Source: Squalus acanthias (Eukaryota). From it: 64,000 nt of DNA. This document shows positions 14,875 to 28,017 of this stretch, in pieces. Made by a program: the position numbers and the translations under genes. The stretch lies in the NCBI GenBank assembly GCA_030390025.1, contig CM059432.1, forward strand, positions 83,454,001-83,518,000. Reading direction: 5' to 3'. The notes beneath the pieces are model-generated. The model was not told the DNA's origin. It saw nothing but the letters and a program-made list of their open reading frames with translations, and searched no databases. Positions within the stretch are counted from its first letter, which is position 1; each line of letters begins with the position of its first letter.

Positions 14875-17800
14875 GGGAGACATCGAGACTGGGGAATGGG
14901 GGCTCGAGGAGAGGGGGAATGGGGAATGGAGGGTTGGGGAAATTTGGAGACTGGGGAATGGAGGCTCGGGATAGAGATGGAAACCGGGGAATGGGGGCTT
15001 GGGGAGAGATGGAGACTGGGAAATGGGGGCTCGGGGAGAGATGGGGAATGGGGGCTCGGGAGAGGGATGGAGACTGGGGAATGGGGGCTCGGGGAGAGAT
15101 GGAGACTAGGAAATGGGGGCTCGGGGGGAGATGAAGACTGGAGAATGGGGGCTCGGGGGGAGAGATGAGGAATGGGAGCTCGGGGAGAGATGGAGACTGG
15201 GGAATGGGGGCTCGGGGAGAGATGGAGACTGGGGAATGGGGGCTCGGGGCGATGGAGACTGGGGAATGGGGGCTCGGGGAGAGATGGAGACTGGGGAATG
15301 GGGGCTCGGGGAGAGATGGAGACTGGGGAATGGGGGCTCGGGGAGAGATGGAGACTGGGGAATGGGGGCTCGGGGGGAGAGATGGGGAATGGGGGCTCGG
15401 GGAGATGGAGACTGGGGAATGGTGGCTCGGGGAGAGAGATGGGGAATGGGGGCTCGGGGGGAGAGATGGGGAATGGGGGCTCGGGGGGAGAGATGGAGAC
15501 TGGGGAATGGGGGCTTGGGGGAGAGAAGGAGACTGGGGAATGAGGGCTCGGGGGAGAGAAGGAGACTGGGGAATGGGGGCTCGGGGAGAGAGATGGAGAC
15601 TGGGGAATGGGGACTCGGGGAGTGAGATGGGGAATGGGGGCTCGGGGGAGAGAAGGAGACTGGGGAATGGGGGCTCGGGGAGAGAGATGGAGACTGGGGA
15701 ATGGGGACTCGGGGGAGAGAAGGAGACTGGGGAATGAGGGCTCGGGGGAGAGAAGGAGACTGGGGAATGGGGGCTCGGGGAGAGAGATGGAGACTGGGGA
15801 ATGGGGGCTCGGGGAGAGAGATGGGGAATAGGGGCTCGGGGAGAGAGATGGAGACTGGGGAATGGGGGCTCTGGGGGAGATGGAGACTGGGGAATGGGGG
15901 CTCGGGGGAGAGAAGGAGACTGGGGAATGGGGGCTCTGGGGGAGATGGAGACTGGGGAATGGGGGCTTGGGGGAGAGAAGGAGACTGGGGAATGGGGGCT
16001 CAGGGGAGAGAAGGATACTGGGGAATGGGGGCTCGGGGGAGGGATGGAGACGGGCATGAGGGCTCGGGGAGAAAAGGAGACTGGGGAATGAGGGCTCGGG
16101 GGAGAGATGGAGACTGGGGAATGGGAGCTCGGGGGATAGAAGGAGACTGGGGAATGGGGGCTCAGAGAGATGGAGACTGGGGAATGGGGACTCGGGGAGA
16201 GATGGAGACTGGGGAATGGGGGCTCAGAGAGATGGATACTGGGCAATGAAGGCTTGGGGGAGAGATGGAGGCTGGGGAATGGAGGCTGGGATAGAGATGG
16301 AAACTGGGGAATGGGGGCTTGGGGAGAGATGGAGACTGGGAAATGAGGGCTCGGGGAGATGGAGACTGGGGAATGGGGGCTCGGGGAGAGATGGAGACTG
16401 GGGAATGGGGGTTCGGGGAGAGATGGAGACTGGGGAATGGGGGCTCGGGGAGATGGAGACTGGGGAATGAGGGCTCGGGGAGGGATGGAGACTGGGGAAT
16501 GGGGGCTCGTTGGGAGAGATGGAGACTGGGGAATGGGGGCTCGGGGAGAGATGGAAACTGGGAAATGAGGGCTCGGGGAGGGATGGAGACTGGGGAATGG
16601 GGGCTCGGAGAGATGGAGACTGGGGAATGGGGGCTCGGGGAGAGATGGAGACTGGGGAATGGGGTCTCGGGGGGAGAGATGGGGAATGGGGGCTCGGGGA
16701 GATGGAGACTGGGGAATGGGGGCTCGGGGAGATGGAGACTAGGGAATGGGGGCTCGGGGGGAGAGATGGGGAATGGGGGCTCGGGGAGATGGAGACTGGG
16801 GAATGGGGGCTCGGGGAGATGGAGACTGGGGAATGGGGGCTCAGCGAGAGATGGAAACTGGGGAATGAGGGCTCGGGGAGGGATGGAGACTGGGGAATGG
16901 GGGCTCGGGGGGAGAGATGGGGAATGGGGGCTCAGAGAGATGGAGACTGGGCAATGAGGGCTCGTTGGGAGAGATGGAGACTGGGGAATGGGGGCTCGGG
17001 GAGAGATGGAGACTGGGGAATGGGGGCTCGGGGAGAGATGGAGACTGGGGAATGGGGGCTCGGGGGGAGAGATGGGGAATGGGGGCTCGGGGAGATGGAG
17101 ACTCGGGAATGGGGGCTCGGGGAGATGGAGACTGGGGAATGGGGGCTTGGGGGGAGAGATGTGGAATGTGGGCTCGGTGGGAGAGATGGAGACTGGGGAA
17201 TGGGGGCTCGGGTGAGAGAAGGAGACTGGGGAATGGGGGCTCGGGGGAGAGAAGGAGACTGGGGAATGAGGGCTCGGGGGAGAGAAGGAGACTGGGGAAT
17301 GGGGGCTCGGGGAGAGAGATGGAGACTGGGGAATGAGGGCTCGGGAGAGAGAAGGAGACTGGGGAATGGGGCCTCGGGGGAGAGAAGGAGACTGGGGAAT
17401 GGGGGCTCTGGGGAGAGATGGGGAATGGGGGCTCGGGGAGATGGAGACTGGGGAATGGGCGCTCGGGGAGAGATGGAGACTGGGGAATGGGGGCTCTGGG
17501 GAGAGATGGGGAATGGGGGCTCGGGGAGAGATGGAGACTGGGGAATGGGGGCTCGGAGAGATGGAGATTGGGGAATGAGGGCTCCGGGGGGAGATGGAGA
17601 CTGGGGAATGGGGACTCGGGGAGACGAAGATTGGGGAATGGGGACTCGGGGAGACGGAGACTGGGGAATGGGGACTCGGGAGGAGATGGAGACTGGGGAA
17701 TGGGGGCTCGGGGAGAGATGAAGACTGGGGAATGGGGACTCGGGGAGACGGAGACTGGGGAATGGGGGCTCAGAGAGATGGAGACTGGGCAATGAGGGCT

Positions 17801-18981
17801 TGGGGGAGAGAAGGAGACTGGGGAATGGAGGCTGGGATAGAGATGGAAACTGGGGAATGGGGGCTTGGGGAGAGATGGAAACTGGGGATTGAGGGCTCGG
17901 GGAGGGATGGAGACTGGGGAATGGGCGCTTGGGGGAGAGAAGGAGACTGGGGAATGAGGGCTCTAGGGAGAGATGGAGACTGAGGAATGAGGGCTCCGGG
18001 GGGAGAAGGAGACTGGGGAATGGGGGCTCGGGGGAGAGATGGAGACTGGGGAATGAGGGCTCTAGGGAGAGATGGAGACTGGGGAATGAGGGCTCGAGGG
18101 AGAGATGGAGACTGGGGAATGGGGGCTCGGGGAGACGGAGACTGGGGAATGGGGGCTCGGGGGAGAGAAGGAGACTGGGGAATGGGGGCTCGGGGGAGAG
18201 ATGGAGACTGGGGAATGGGGGCTCGGGGAGATGGAGACTGGGGAATGGGGGCTCGGGGGAGAGATGGAGACTGGGGAATGGGGGCTCGGGGAGATGGAGA
18301 CTGGGGAATGGGGGCTCGGGGAGAAGGAGACTGGGGAATGGGGGCTCGGGGAGATGGAGACTGGGGAATGGGGGCTAGGGGGAGAGATGGAGACTGGGGA
18401 ATGGGGGCTCGGGGAGGGTGAGATGGAGACTGGGGAATGTGGGCTCAGGGGAGAGATGGAGACTGGGGAATGAGGGCTCCGGGGGGAGATGGAGACTGGG
18501 GAATGGGGGCTCGGGGAGAGATGGAGACTGGGAAATGAGGGCTCGGGGAGATGGAGACTGGGGAATGGGGGCTCGGGGAGAGATGGAGACTGAGGAATGG
18601 GGGCTCGGGGAGAAGGAGACTGGGGAATGGGGGCTCGGGGAGAAGGAGACTGGGGAATGGGGGCTCGGGGAGATGGAGACTGGGGAATGGGGGCTCGGGG
18701 AGCGATGGAGACTGGGGAATGGGGGCTCAGGGGGAGAGATGGAGACTGGGGAATGGGGGCTCAGGGGGAGAGATGGAGACTGTGGAATGGGGGCTCAGGG
18801 GAGAGATGGAGACTGGGGAATGGGGGCTTGGGGAGAGATGGAGACTGGGGAATTGGGGCTCGGGGAGAGATGGAGACTGGGCAATGGGGGCTCGGGGAGA
18901 GATGGAGACTGGGGAATGGGGGCTCGGGGAGAGATGGAGACTGGGGAATGGGGGCTCGGGGAGAGATGGAGACTGGGGGCT
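14875..18981 (+). repeat. G-rich minisatellite array 2, same unit
   Basis: Direct reading; same variant units as array 1. Confidence 0.97.
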
Positions 18982-19089
18982 CGCAATCAGGTGTCACATG
19001 GTCAGATGTCATGTGGTCAGAACATCACATGATCAAACCTCCTGGAATGCCCCCAACCAGATTTGGCCACCATATCCACAACCAATGGA

Positions 19090-20092
19090 GCAGAACAAAG
19101 GCTACGGGCCCTGATAACATTCTGGCTGCAGTGCTGAAGACCAGTGCACCAGAACTAGCTGTCCTCTTAGCCAAGCTATCCCAGGGCAGCTATGACACTG
19201 GCATCTTTCTGACAATGCAAAAAAATTGCCCAAATATATCCTGTCTACAAAAAACATGATGAATGTACCCAGCCAATTACCACCCTATTAACCTACCCCC
19301 AATCACCAGCAAAGTGATGGAAGGAGTCGCCAGTCGTGCCATCAAGCAACACTTAATCACCAGTAACCCGCTGACCGATGCTCAGTCCAGAACTACTCAG
19401 CTCCAGAGGTCATTACAGCTTTGATCCAGTCATGGATACCAGAGGTGAGGTGAGAGTAGCTGACTTTGAGATCAAGGCAGCATTCAACTGAATATGGCAC
19501 CAAGGAGCTCCAGCAAAACTGAGGTCAATAGGGGTGGTCAAAGGGAAACCCCTCCAGTGGCCGGAGTCATACCTGACATAAAGGCAGATGGTCATGGTTG
19601 TTGGAAGACAATCATTTCAGCTCTAGGACGTTGCTGCAGGACTTCCTAAGAGTAGTGTTATGGCCATCCATCTTCGACTTGTTCATCAATGAGCTTCCCT
19701 GTATCATAAGTTCTGGGGTGGGGCTGTTTGCTAATGATTTCACAATGTTCAGCTCCATTCGCAACTCCTCCAATAATGTAGCATCTCATGCTAACCAACA
19801 AGGGGATCTGGACAAGATCTAAGCTTGGGTTGACACGTGGCAGGGAATATTCGTGCCACATAAGTGCTGGGTAATGACCATCTCCAATCAGAAAAGATCT
19901 AACTAACTCCGTCGACCTTCAATGGGACCACTATCACCAAGTCTCCCACCATCAACACCCTGATGGTCACTGTTGACTAGAAGATTAATTGGAGCAGCCA
20001 CATCAACAATGTGACTACAAGAACAGGGCGGAGGCTGGGTACTCTGAAATGTGTGACTCACCTCCTGACCCCTCAAAGCCTCTCTACTGTCT
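19090..20092 (+). mobile_element. Degraded RT region of the same LINE family as 1-2886
   Basis: KATGPDNILAAVLKTSAPELA matches KAMNPDNIPAIVLKTCAPELA of the first copy; GLFANDFT (RT DD box); ends at actcacctcctgacccctcaaagcct. Confidence 0.85.
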
Positions 20093-20358
20093 ATAACATA
20101 GCAACATAGGAATAGAAGTATGCCATTCAGTCCCTCGAGCCGGTTCTGCCTGTTGGGTAATAATATGATTTTAACGCTGCTGCCTACATCCAAAGAACAA
20201 ATAATAAAAAAAATATAAGCAGTTATCAGTGACACTGGTGGTTTTAGGATTAATAGTTTACTATTGCCAAGCCAATCCTAATAATATCATCAGTACTCAG
20301 TTTTTATATAAAAATATTCAAAAATCAATTGAAATAGAAAGACAAAGTAGATGTTAAA

Positions 20359-21171
20359 GGCCCATAATTTGCGTTCAGCAGCAAAGCATAGGCATTCGCC
20401 GCTGGCCCCAAAGAAAGCTTCCCATAAAGATCTTGCGATCTCTGTGGCGAGAAGTTGGGTTTTTTTGACGTGCAGTTGAGGTTAGTGTAAGTTAACGGGG
20501 AAGTCCTAACGCGAGCTGCTGTGACGTCAACAAGCTGTCTAAGCAGTCAATCGTGATGCAGAATTCTCACATACTGGGAACCAGGAAGTGAATAAGCTCC
20601 TTTTATTCTAACTTTTTAATAATGTTATAGAAAACAAAGCAAAGATTGGGGCTCTCACATTGGGAAAAGGTAAACCTGAAATAAATATGAACAAACTTTT
20701 AAAAAATATAATTTTTTTTAAAGTTTCTTAAAAATTGCAATTATTATTAAAATGAGAAATTTGATTAAAATTAGTTTTTCAGGGCCATAACGTTTGTTTA
20801 GCAGTCAATACGCTGTTAAAACCCCAGTTACACCTAATCTAACAAGGTCTAACTTTTAATTGGGTACTGAACAGCAATGTTACCACAGAAAAACCAAAGT
20901 TTTCGTCGGTTTCCCTGATTTCCCTGATTACACTGATTGCTGTCTGTGGGGCGGGGGGTGGGGGGGCGGTGTTGCTGGTGGTGGTTAGGGGAGGTGGGTG
21001 GTGGGGGGCACAGCGCAGTCAGTGTCGGAGCAGTGAATGACTGACCGCAACTTTAGGATTTCCGCGTTAGGATGCGCGTGCACTAAATCCTGAAGTTGTG
21101 GTCAGTTTCAAAGGGGTAATAACAGTGAATGCTGTCCGTTCGCTGTTATTAACCACTGAAAATTCTGGGCC
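20359..21171. mobile_element. Non-autonomous Harbinger-like MITE (~0.8 kb)
   Basis: Termini ggcccataattt / aaattctgggcc are inverted repeats resembling those of 39164-39916; AT-rich centre; TSD not preserved. Confidence 0.6.
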
Positions 21172-21310
21172 AGTGTTTATCAAAAATCTTGGGGGATGAA
21201 TTTCCATGAAAGTTCTCCTGCTTATCTGCCATAACGCCAGTGGAAGAGACGCAGAAATCCCAGAAAAATGGCATAAACAGTATTTATGCCATTTTTCCGA
21301 GGTTACCGCA

Positions 21311-21533
21311 GCCTAGGCCCTAAGCTCTGGAAGTCCCTTCCTAAACCTCACCGCCTCTCTACCTCTCTTTTCTCCTTTTTAATGTTCCTTAAAACCTACC
21401 TCTTTGACCAAGCTTTTGATCACCTGTCCTAATATTTCCTTGTTTGGCTCGGTGTCAAATTTTGTCTGATAACGCTCCTGTGAAGCGCCTTGGGACGTTT
21501 TACTACGTTAAAGGCGCTATATAAATACAAGTT
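21311..21533 (+). repeat. L2-type LINE/SINE 3' end fragment
   Basis: ccctaagctctgg...aagcgccttgggacg...ggcgctatataaatacaagtt; related copy at 30340-30551. Confidence 0.65.
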
Positions 21534-24500
21534 CATAGAAATATAAAAAGTTACAGCACAGAAGAAGACCATTCGACCCATCGTGTCTGTGCCGGTCGAA
21601 AAAGAGCTACCCAGCCTAATCCCACTTTCCAGCTCTTGGTCCGTAGCCTTGTAGGTTACGGCACTTCAAGTACATATCCAAGTACTTTTTAATGTGATGA
21701 GCATTTCTGCCTCGACCACCCTCTAGGTGAAAAAAGTTCTCCTCAACTCCCCTCTAATCCTTCTACCAATTACTTTAAATCTATGCCCCCTGGTTATTGA
21801 CCTCTCTGCTAAGGGAAATAGATCCTTTCTATCCACTCTATCTAGGCCCCTCATAATTTTATACACCTCAAGGAAGTCTCCCCTCAGCCTCCTCTGTTCC
21901 AAAGAAAACAACCCCAGCCTATCCAATCTTTCCTCATAGCTAAAATTCTCCAGTCTTGGCAACATCCTCGTAAATCTCCTCTGTACCCTCTTTAGTGCAA
22001 TCACATCCTTCCTGTAATGTGGTGACCAGAACTGTACACAGTACTCTAGCTGTGACCTAACTAGTGTTTTATACAGTTCAAGCATAACCTCACTGCTCTT
22101 ATATTGTATGCCTCGGCTAATAAAGGAAAGTATCCCGTATGCCTTCTTAACCACCTTATCTACCTGTCCTGCTACCTTCCGGGATCTGTGGACATGCACT
22201 CCAAGGTCCCTCTGTTTCTCTACACTTCTCAGTATCCTACCATTTATTGTGTATTCCCTTGCCTTGTTTGCCCTCCCCAAATGCATTACCTCACACTTCT
22301 CCGGATTGAATTCCATTTGCCACTTTTCTGCCCACCTGACCCATCCATTGATATCTTGCTGCAGTCTACAGCTTTCTTCCTCACTATCAACCACACGGCC
22401 AATTTTTGTATCATCTACAAACTTCTTAATCATACCTGCTACATTGAAGTCTAAATCATTGATGTATACCACAAAAAGCAAGAGATCTAGTACTGAGCCC
22501 TGCGGAACCCCACTGGAAACAGCCTTCCAGTCAGAAAAACATCCGTCGACCATTACCCTTTGCTTCCCGCCACTGAGCCAATTTTGGATCCAACTTGCCA
22601 CTTTCCCTTGGATCCCATGGGCTTTTACTTTTCTGACCAGTCTGCCATGTGGGACCTTGTCAAAGGTCTTGCTAAATCCATGTTGACTACATCAAACGCA
22701 CTACCCTCATCGACCCTCCTTGTTATCTCCTCAAAAAATTCAATCAAGTTAGTCAGACACGACCTTCCCTTAACAAATCCATGCTGACTGTCCTTGATTA
22801 ATCTATGCCTTTCTAAATGACAATTAATACTGTCCCTTAGAATTTTTTCCAACAATTTACTCACCACCAAGGTTAGGCTGACTGGCCTGTAATTATTCGG
22901 TCTGTCCCTTTCTCCCTTTTTAAACAACGGTACAACGTTAGCAGTCCTCCAATCCTCTGGCATCACACCGGTAGCCAGAGAGGATTGGAAAATGATGGTC
23001 AGAGCCTCCGCTATTTCCTCCCTTGCTTCCCTTAACAGCCTGGGATACATTTCATCTGGGCCTGGTGATTTATCTACTTTCAAAGATGCTAAACTTCTTA
23101 ATACTTCCTCTCTCACTATGTTTATCTCATCTAATATTTCACACTCCTCCTCCTCAACTACAATGCCTGCACCGTCCCTTCCTTTTGTGAAGACAGACGC
23201 AAAGCACTCATTAAGAACCATACCCACTTCTTCCGCCTCTACACACCGGTTACCTTTTTGGTCTCTAATGAGCCCGACTCTTTCTTTAGTTATCCACTTG
23301 CTCTTTATGTATTTATAAACCATCTTTGGGTTTTCCTTGATTTTACTTGCCAATATTTTTTCATGCCTCTCTTTGCTTTCATAATTTCCTTTTTAATTTC
23401 ACCTCTGCACTTACTATACACCTCTAGGCTTTCTGCAGTATTTAGCTCTCGGTATCTGACGTAAGCTTCCCTTTTTTGCCTTATCCTACCCTGTATGCCC
23501 CTTGACATCCAGGGGGCTCTAGATTTGGGAGTCCTACCATTTTTATTTGTGGGAACATATTTGCTCTGAACCCTCACTATCTCCTCCTTGAATGCCTCCC
23601 ACTGTTCTGACACTGATTTACCTTCAAGTAGCTGTTTCCAGTCCACTTTTGCTAAATCACATCTCAGCTTAGTAAAATTGGCCTTTCCCCAATTGAGAAC
23701 TTTTACTCCTGATCTATCTTTGTCCTTTTCTGTAACTACACTAAATATAACTGAATTATGATCACTACCACCAAAATGCTCTCCCACTGATACCCCTTCC
23801 ACCTGCCCAGCTTCATTCCCTAAAACCAAGTCTAGAACCGCCCCCTTTCTTGTTGGGCTTGCTACGTACTGGCTAAAAACGTTCTTCTGAATGCATTTTA
23901 AGAAATCTGTACCCTCTATACCTTTTACACTGATTCTATCCCAGTTAATGTTAGGGTAGTTGAAATCCCCTACTATTACTGCCCTATTGTTTTTGCACTT
24001 CTCAGAAATTTGCCAACATATTTGCTCTTCTATTTCCTTCTGACTATTTGGGGGTCTGTCGTACACTCCCAGCAGTGTGATTGCACCTTTTTTGCTCTTC
24101 AGTTCAACCCATACGACCTCATTTGATGATCCTTCTAACATATCATCCCTCCTCACAGTTGTAATTGTTTCTTTAACCAATATTGCGACCCATCCCCTCC
24201 TTTTTTATCCCCCTCGCTATCTCGTCTGAAAACCCTATAACCAGGAATGTTGAGCTGCCATTTCGGCCCTTCTTTCAGCCAGGTCTCAGTAATAGCGATG
24301 ATATCATACTTCCACGTGTGCCCTCAGGTTATATGCCTTATTCACTAGACTCCTTGCATTGAAGTATCTACCATTAAGCACTGCCAAACCCATTTGTTGT
24401 CTATTTTCTAGCCTTTGTTTCCTCTGCCTTCCAAACTCACTTACTAATTTTCTGCCTTCCATTTCCAACTTTGCTTCTCTCCCTTCTGAATCTACGCGCA

Positions 24501-24582
24501 GGTTCTCATCCCCCTGCCAAGCTAATTCAAACCCTCTCCAACAGCACTAGCAAAACTCCCCGCAAGGATATTGGTCCCAGCC
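21534..24582 (-). mobile_element. CR1 LINE, nearly complete ORF2 with frameshifts
   Basis: ORFs 23305-24180 (APE: YDRPPNS, VGDFNYP, LDLVL, SDH), 22625-23353 (KSPGPD, NYRPVSLT, QHGF) and 21723-22601 (GVPQGSVL, FVDDTK, LEYCVQFWSP); CR1 3' tail near 21534. Confidence 0.95.
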
Positions 24583-24744
24583 CTTTCTTGTTGTTCTGCT
24601 GAGGTTACTTTGGGCGATTGGGAGAACGCCCATGGAAATTCACCCCCTTAGTTTCTGTTGGATTCTATTTTTAAAAAGGTGTCTAAATGATGTTGGAAGA
24701 TAAAAATAAATGTACAAATCAAAATGCTTTTGTCACTGTTAGAT

Positions 24745-27700
24745 CATAGCAAGGAGACAGAGGAAAGCGTGTCAGGAAGGGACATAAGGTATGGAGTAAA
24801 AGGTAAAGTGTTAAAAAAGGAAAAAGCAGGAACTAAATGTCACAAAACATATTTGAAAGTTCTTTATCTGAATGCACGTAGCATTCGTAACAAAATGGAC
24901 GAGTTAACGGCAAAAATAACTACGTATGGGTATGATCTTGTGGCCATTACAGAAACATGGCTGCAGGGTGACAACGACTGGGAATTAAATATGCCAGGGT
25001 ATTTAACAATCAGGAAGGACAGGCAGGAAGGAAGGGGAGGTGGGGTGGCTATGTTAATAAAGGAAGGAATCACTGTAATACAGAGAAATGATATTGGGTC
25101 AAAGGATCAGGACAATGAAACAGTTTGGGTGGAGATAAGGAATAATAAGGGGGGGGAAAAACACTAGTGGGAGTAGTATATAGGCCTCCTAATAGTTGCA
25201 ACTCATTAATCAGGAAATAGTTGGGGCATGTAATAAGGGAACAGCTATAATTATGGGGGATTTTAACTATCATATTAACTGGACAAATCAAATTGGGCAG
25301 GGCAGCCTTGAGGAAGAGTTTATTGAGTGTATTAGGGATGGATTTCTTGAGCAGTATGTAACTGATCCTACAAGGGGGCAAGCAACCTTGGACCTGGTCC
25401 TGTGTAATGAGTCAGGATTAATTAATAATGTCCTAGTTAAGGATCCCCTTGGAATGAGTGACCATAACATGGTTGAATTCCATATCCAATTAGAGGGTGA
25501 GAAGGTTGGTTCTCAAACAAGCGTACTGAGCTTGAATAAAGGAGACTATGATGGTATGAGAGCGGAATTGATTAAAGTGGACTGGGAAAATAGATTAAAG
25601 GGTAAGACGGTACATGAGCAGTGGTGTTCATTTAAGGAGTTATTTTACAACTTTCAAAAAAAATATATTCCACTGAGGAAAAAAGGGTGTAAAAGAAATG
25701 ACAGCCATCCGTGGCTAAGTAAAGAAATTAAGGATAGTATCAGACTAAAAACAAGGACGTATAAGGTAGCCAAACTTAGTGGGAGGATAGAAGATTGGGA
25801 AGTCTTCAAAAGACAGCAAAAAGTAACTAAAGGATTGATTAAAAAAGGGAAGATAGATTATGAAAATAAATTAGCAAAAAATATAAAAACAGATAGCAAG
25901 AGTTTCTATAGTTATATAAAAAGAAAAAGGGTGGTTAAGGCAAACGTAGGTCCCTTAGAGGATGAGACCAGGAAATTAATGGTGGGAAACATGGAGATGG
26001 CAAAAATGCTGAACAAATATTTTGTTTCAGTCTTTACGGTAGAGGACACTAAGAATATCCCAACACTGGACAAACAGGGGGCTCTAGGGGGGGAGGAGCT
26101 AAATACGATTAAAATCACTAAGGAATTGGTACTCAGTAAAATAATGGGACTCAAGGCGGATAAATCCCCTGGACCTGATGGCTTACATCCTAGGGTCTTG
26201 AGGGAAGTGGCAGTAGGGATTGTGGATGCTTTGGTAATAATTTTCCAAAATTCCCTGGACTCAGCAAAGGTCCCGGCAGATTGGAAAACTGCTAATGTAA
26301 CACCCTTATTTAAAAAGGGTAGTAGGCAGAAGGCTGGAAACTATAGACCAGTTAGCCTAACATCTGTGGTGGGTAAAATTCTGGAGTCTATTATTAAGGA
26401 GACAGTAACGGAACATTTAGATAAACATAATTTAATAGGACAAAGTCAGCATGGCTTTATGAAGGGGAAGTCATGTCTGACAAATTTGCTTGAGTTGTTT
26501 GAGGACATAACGTACAGGGTGGATAAAGGGGAACCAGTGGACGTAGTGTATTTAGACTTCCAGAAGGCATTCGACAAGGTGCCACATAAAAGATTATTGC
26601 TCAAGATAAAAAATCACTGGATTGGGGGTAATATTCTGGCATGGGTGGAGGATTGGTTATCTAACAGGAAGCAGAGAGTTGGGATAAATGGTTCATTCTC
26701 GGACTGGCAACCAGTAGCCAGTGGTGTTCCGCAGGGGTCGGTGCTGGGTCCCCAACTCTTTACAATCTATATTAACGATTTGGAGGAGGGGACCGAGTGT
26801 AACATATCAAAGTTTGCAGATGATACAAAGATGGGAGGGAAAGTAGAAGGTGAGGAAGACATAAAAAACCTACAAGGGGATATAGACAGGCTGGGTGAGT
26901 GGGCGGAGATTTGGCAGATGCAATACAATATTGGAAAATGTGAGGTTATGCACTTTGGCAGGAAAAATCAGAGAGCAAGTTATTATCTTAATGGCGAGAA
27001 ACTGGAAAGTACTGCAGTACAAAGGGATCTGGGGGTCCTAGTGCAAGAAAATCAAAAAGTTAGTATGCAGGTGCAGCAGGTGATCAAGAAGGCCAACGGA
27101 ATGTTGGCTTTTATTGCTAGGGGGATAGATTATAAAAACAGGGAGGTATTGCTGCAGTTATATAAGGTATTGGTGAGACCGCACCTGGAATACTGCATAC
27201 AGTTTTGGTGTCCATACTTAAGAAAAGACATACTTGCTCTCGAGGCAGTACAAAGAAGGTTCACTCGGTTAATCCCGGGGATGAGGGGGTGGACATATGA
27301 GGAGAGATTGAGTAGATTGGGACTCTACTCATTGGAGTTCAGAAGAATGAGAGGCGATCTTATTGAAACATAAGATTGTGACGGGGCTTGATCGGGTGGA
27401 TGCGGTAAGGATGTTCCCAAGGATGGGTGAAACTAGAACTAGGGGGCATAATCTTAGAATAAGGGGCTGCTCTTTCAAAACTGAGATGAGGAGAAACTTC
27501 TTCACTCAGAGGGTAGTAGGTCTGTGGAATTTGCTGCCCCAGGAAGCTGTGGAAGCTACATCATTAAATAAATTTAAAACAGAAATAGACAGTTTCCTAG
27601 AAGTAAAGGGAATTAGGGGTTACGGGGAGCGGGCAGGAAATTGGACATGAGGCTGAGTTCGGATCGGTCAAGGCCCTGTGGGTGGCGGAGCGGGCCCAGG

Positions 27701-27850
27701 GGCTGAGTGGCCGGGTCCTGCTCCTACTTCTTGTGTTCTTTAGATTTGAGGTTAGGATCAGATCAGCCATGATCTTATTGAATGGCGGAGCAGGCTCGAG
27801 GGGCCGATTGGCCTACTCCTGCTCCTATTTCTTATGTTCTTATGTTCTTA
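24745..27850 (+). mobile_element. CR1 LINE, 5'-truncated, ORF2 largely open (725-aa ORF 25196-27373) with frameshifts near both ends; doubled 3' UTR
   Basis: APE (YLNARSI, AITETWL, GDFN, SDH) and RT (LDFQKAFDKV, GVPQGSVLGP, FADDTK); ends in (ttcttatg)n. Confidence 0.95.
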
Positions 27851-28017
27851 TAACATGCATGGTCCAGATTAGAATGAAATACATCCCTAGACCTCCACTT
27901 CACTGGCTCTGAGGTTGAAGAATTTATGCTGTAGATAGTAGAGGTGAGCAAATACATCCTGATTTTTGTTCCCTTTCAACTTGACCTGGAATTTGAGTTA
28001 TATTTTAATTTGAACGC

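Larger units (their letters stand above)
9736..18981 (+). repeat. Tandem duplication of a ~4.5-kb unit (~0.65-kb non-satellite leader + minisatellite array)
   Basis: 9736-~10450 matches 14230-~14925 at offset 4494 (4478 after a 16-bp deletion in copy 2); each copy is followed by the same minisatellite. Confidence 0.95.
21191..24647. mobile_element. Short palindromic MITE split in two (21191-21310 and ~24593-24647) by later retroelement insertions
   Basis: Left gggggatgaatttccatg and right catggaaattcaccccc; the two halves align with the intact copy at 37917-38092. Confidence 0.7.

Noticed and set aside
10296..19259. Dozens of Gly/Trp/Glu- or Pro/Ser-rich ORFs up to 514 aa
   Set aside because: They are translations of the stop-poor minisatellite in several frames on both strands; no gene structure
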